A stretch of DNA of 64,000 bases from Methylococcaceae bacterium (lineage in GTDB: Bacteria > Pseudomonadota > Gammaproteobacteria > Methylococcales > Methylomonadaceae): positions 5,683-69,682 of the forward strand of contig JBJPGG010000004.1 in the NCBI GenBank assembly GCA_048595505.1, in the 5' to 3' direction. Position numbers and translations under genes: made by a program. Positions 60,972 to 64,000 of the stretch are shown here, one piece after another; the stretch's first letter is position 1, and each line of letters begins with the position of its first letter. A model generated the notes under the pieces. That model was not told where the DNA came from, made no database searches, and was given only the letters and a program-made list of their open reading frames with translations.

Positions 60972-61835
60972 ATGAAAGGAAACAAAAGGAAACAAGTTAG
61001 CTATAACTACAACGAGGGCGATGCGCTAACAGCATGGCGTGAATCCCTTAATGAAATAATATTTGGTTCAGAAACACGGTTAGGTAAGATTTTTGATGTG
61101 GTGTTGATCATCAGTATAATTTGTAGTGTTATTGCAGTTATGCTGGGTAGCGTTACACGGATTTATCTGCAGTACAGTGATATATTGTTTTATGTAGAGT
61201 GGTTTTTTACTCTGCTGTTTACTTTGGAATATGCTTTACGGTTAATTTCAGTAAGACGTCCGTTACGATACACACTGAGTTTTTTTGGCTTGGTTGATTT
61301 TTTATCCATTATTCCAACCTATCTCAGTTTTCTGTTTCCCAGTATTAAGTACATGCTGGTGATACGGGTTTTAAGATTACTACGCGTTTTTCGCATCTTC
61401 AAGTTATCGGCTTACATGGGCGAAGCACAAACTTTAATGGGGGCTTTAAGTAAAAGTTGGCGAAAAATCCTAGTGTTTCTTTATACCATTCTTACATTGG
61501 TTGTGGTGTTTGGTTCTCTGATGTACGTAGTAGAAGGCAGTGAGTCAGGCTTTACCAGTATTCCTAAATCCGTGTATTGGGCTATTGTGACATTAACCAC
61601 GGTTGGCTATGGCGATATAGCACCTCAAACGCCTTTGGGGCAGATGATTGCTGCACTAATAATGATTATGGGTTATGGCATTATTGCAGTACCAACGGGT
61701 ATTTATAGTGCAGAGTTGATTAAAACCTATAAGCCTGAAAAAATTAATAACGATGCTTGTCCTGCATGTGGAGAAATTGGGCATGATTTTGATGCAGATT
61801 ATTGTAAATACTGTGGCAATGATTTAGATGATTGA
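60972..61835 (+). CDS. Voltage-gated-type potassium channel with a C-terminal zinc-ribbon
   Basis: 287 aa with S4-like RVLRLLRVFRIFK, the selectivity filter TLTTVGYGD, and a C-terminal CPACG...CKYCG. Confidence 0.88.
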   Translation: MKGNKRKQVSYNYNEGDALTAWRESLNEIIFGSETRLGKIFDVVLIISIICSVIAVMLGSVTRIYLQYSDILFYVEWFFTLLFTLEYALRLISVRRPLRYTLSFFGLVDFLSIIPTYLSFLFPSIKYMLVIRVLRLLRVFRIFKLSAYMGEAQTLMGALSKSWRKILVFLYTILTLVVVFGSLMYVVEGSESGFTSIPKSVYWAIVTLTTVGYGDIAPQTPLGQMIAALIMIMGYGIIAVPTGIYSAELIKTYKPEKINNDACPACGEIGHDFDADYCKYCGNDLDD

Positions 61836-61860
61836 AGGATGTGGTGTCTTTTAGAATCTG

Positions 61861-61909
61861 TTCAAGATTTACTGCGCCACTACCAGTTATGCTTGGGTGG
61901 TGCTCAAAA
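61861..61909 (+). repeat. Copy B of the 49-nt conserved intergenic element (see 18103-18151)
   Basis: TTCAAGATTTACTGCGCCACTACCAGTTATGCTTGGGTGGTGCTCAAAA. It contains a potential hairpin GCGCCAC (61874-61880) / GTGGTGC (61897-61903). It begins 25 nt after the K-channel stop, in the same orientation. Confidence 0.7.
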
Positions 61910-62277
61910 TTTAAATGAACTCCGGTTTCTACCGCTTAAAATCAGGGAAACAGAGCGGCAGCGGAGTGATGATTTTTAGTCCGCGGTAGGCGACAGGGAA
62001 ATTTGCTGATCCAACGTATGCTATAGCATGCGAGGGAAGCTAAAATTTTATACCGACAGCCGTCAAGTCAGAGTCGTTATAAAACAACCTATGGACTTTC
62101 AGTTCATAGTGGTTGAGTGACTGACTGCTCACGACCCATTGCGGTCATAGGATAAATTATTTTTTATACGGAATAACCAATGAAATAACTATTGGCGGCT
62201 TTATCGCCATATAGTTGATTGACAAGTTATGAAAGCGTCGCAGTAGTTCAACTTTCATTATAGAATCGAATTTTAAA

Positions 62278-62727
62278 TTAATTGTTGTCTTGGATGCTAT
62301 TTGCTATTTTAATTTTTAATGAATCTGAATACTCCTCTGAGTTCAATATTGAGTCAATGATATCGTGTAATAACTCTTTATTAATTCTTCCAGCAGCAAG
62401 TTGATAGCTAACCATTTCCATTTTATGAGCAAATTTCTGAATAATAAAAAGATAACCGTTATCAAGAAGAAATTTCATGCCTAATGAAATTGCAATCCGC
62501 TTGTTTCCATCCTGAAAACAGTGCGACTTATTAGCTACATAAAACAGATGTACTAATTTATCTAGAAATGTTGGGTAATAATCATCATTTTGTATATGTT
62601 CTAAAGCCGCCTCAAGAGAATGTGTATTCAATATACCGATAGAACCACCACCACTTACCTCAACTGTCTTTTGATGAATCATTTTTACTTCTTCAATCGA
62701 AGTAATGTAAATGATGGCATTATTCAC
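62278..62727 (-). CDS. doc: Fic/Doc-family toxin (death-on-curing type)
   Basis: 149 aa with the Doc-type Fic motif HCFQDGNKRIAISLG preceded by GGGSIGILNTHSLEAAL. It overlaps the upstream gene by 8 nt. Local GC is about 28-30% in hand-counted 60-nt samples. Confidence 0.85.
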   Translation of the reverse strand: MNNAIIYITSIEEVKMIHQKTVEVSGGGSIGILNTHSLEAALEHIQNDDYYPTFLDKLVHLFYVANKSHCFQDGNKRIAISLGMKFLLDNGYLFIIQKFAHKMEMVSYQLAAGRINKELLHDIIDSILNSEEYSDSLKIKIANSIQDNN

Positions 62728-63727
62728 TATCTTTTAACCTTTTGAAAACATCTTGTGCCTGCTCCAATTGTTCATCAAAAGCCATACTTTGATTACCAAT
62801 CAATCGTTCAAAATCTTCCTGAGGTACAGCTTGTACATAATGTTCTAATTTTTTATGAAATGCATCCCTGAAATGCAAATCTCTTGATGCCATTTTGATT
62901 CTTGCCTTATTTACTAAAGGTGAGTGTAAGGGGTGTTCTGCAAAATGATTAAAAATACTATCCACTTCCTTGGAGCGCAGTTTTCTAGTCAATTTTTCTG
63001 ATGTTTGCTTCAATTCATATGCTAATCCCACTTCAAAAGAAGCAATTAAGTCTAATACTTCAACGTAGAGAGTTTCCCTCAGATTGTCTTTAACTTTTAG
63101 CTTTAAAATATTTTTATATTCTTTAGCTTTTTCTTTAAATATTGCCTCATAGATTTTATCTGTATAGACCGCATATTTATAGTTCCCCATATCCACATAT
63201 TTATTTAGCGCATCCGTGAATTCTTTACGATACTTCGGCTCTTTAATTGCAGTTGTCAGGTAATCCGTATCCCGTTGATTAATATAATGAGTATTCCCAC
63301 CTGTTTTTTGGTTTATAGTATCAATAACAATATCTAACATTTTAGCTCTGAGTACTCTTGCTTTCTCACTATCGACCAGTAACATCGCTAAATTAAGAAA
63401 AGAGCGAAAGTTAAATAATCCTAATTGAGTTGTTTTGCTTCCGACATTGATGACGGGAGCAAACTGTAACTTCAATTCTTTTAGGCGTTTACCCTTCATT
63501 AAAACATAGCCATTATGCTTTATTTCATCTGAATATTTCTCTAAATATCGCTCAATTGTTCGCTCTTCCACCTCGAAAAAGTCGGATACCATTTGTTTGG
63601 TTAACCAGTATTCATTTTCAAACTCTATGGATGGCAAGCCAACGTAATTTTGAATCTTTTTCAGAGCATAGGTGTTATTTAAAACATTTTGTCTTTCAAT
63701 ACTTGAATTGGTTAAATCTTTATCCAT
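62720..63727 (-). CDS. 335-aa putative DNA-binding protein (RhuM-like N-terminal wHTH pattern), probable partner of Doc
   Basis: YWLTKQMVSDFFEVEERTIERYLEKY resembles the RhuM-type WLTQxQMAxLFxxxxxTIxxHLKN segment. The rest is helical and Lys/Glu-rich. It is translationally coupled to doc. Confidence 0.4.
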   Translation of the reverse strand: MDKDLTNSSIERQNVLNNTYALKKIQNYVGLPSIEFENEYWLTKQMVSDFFEVEERTIERYLEKYSDEIKHNGYVLMKGKRLKELKLQFAPVINVGSKTTQLGLFNFRSFLNLAMLLVDSEKARVLRAKMLDIVIDTINQKTGGNTHYINQRDTDYLTTAIKEPKYRKEFTDALNKYVDMGNYKYAVYTDKIYEAIFKEKAKEYKNILKLKVKDNLRETLYVEVLDLIASFEVGLAYELKQTSEKLTRKLRSKEVDSIFNHFAEHPLHSPLVNKARIKMASRDLHFRDAFHKKLEHYVQAVPQEDFERLIGNQSMAFDEQLEQAQDVFKRLKDSE

Positions 63728-63776
63728 TCTTTTTGCTCACCTTATGCATAAATCTGTTGATACACAATAAATTTTA

Positions 63777-63805
63777 ACTTTAATAGGATATAGAGATTGT
63801 GTCAA
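63777..63805 (-). promoter_or_regulatory. Candidate sigma70 promoter for the RhuM-like/doc operon (TTGACA-N17-TAAAGT)
   Basis: On the minus strand, a perfect -35 TTGACA at 63805-63800, a 17-nt spacer, and -10 TAAAGT at 63782-63777, about 50 nt upstream of ATG 63727. Confidence 0.4.
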
Positions 63806-64000
63806 AACCTTATTTTTAACTGGCTTATGTCTTCTGCTTCCAAACTAGCTTTACAATGATCAACTTTTGCTCTTGCTTTTTAAGTGCCTGGCAGTCTGTC
63901 GCGCTTATTTTTCTACGTCATTTTCGTTCTTTTCCGATTTCCACAACAGACTTTGAAAAAGCAACATCCTACTTTTCCATGTCAAATCCTGCTTTTTCAC

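Noticed and set aside
63905-64000. Open frame on the minus strand running in from the window edge (…KKQDLTWKSRMLLFQSLLWKSEKNENDVEK*)
   Set aside because: Only 31 codons are visible, with no recognisable motif, so it cannot be distinguished from chance.

Overview
This is an AT-rich chromosomal segment, about 40% GC in hand-counted housekeeping samples, with gammaproteobacterial gene order. Two MtdB-type methylene-tetrahydromethanopterin (H4MPT) dehydrogenase genes suggest a methylotroph- or methanotroph-like lineage; that is an inference. Most of the window is conserved housekeeping synteny: tRNA-Leu, tig-clpP-clpX-lon-hupB-(tRNA-Val, tRNA-Asp)-ppiD; mrcB-lolA-rarA; and accA-tilS-pyrG-kdsA-eno-ftsB-ispD-ispF-truD. 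The left end carries an HxlR-linked detoxification-type cluster (pirin, FMN reductase, GFA). It is followed by a 2-kb gene-decay zone holding a frameshifted TfoX-C gene, an HD-domain gene with three in-frame stops, and a ppsA remnant that keeps only its two termini. The middle holds an orphan MotA/MotB-like stator pair, gacA/uvrY, tandem mtdB paralogues, NAD-type icd, and a 5-FCL plus NspC-like decarboxylase pair. The right part holds a 1161-aa PEPCK-motif protein (candidate PPi-dependent PEPCK), a GGDEF-EAL sensor, a fused 5-oxoprolinase, a Kv-type channel, and a low-GC Doc toxin module with an unusually large partner. The most interesting candidate is the operon at 48.5-53.9 kb. There a GH57 glucan branching enzyme is tightly linked to a tandem-CBM21 + EEP phosphoesterase and a dual-HKD PLD-like protein, convergent with glgX. 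This may be an undescribed glucan-tethered phosphoester-editing system. Several intergenic repeat or palindrome elements are also present. I saw no rRNA, CRISPR array, intact transposase or integrase. All homology calls come from motif recognition by eye and need database confirmation.
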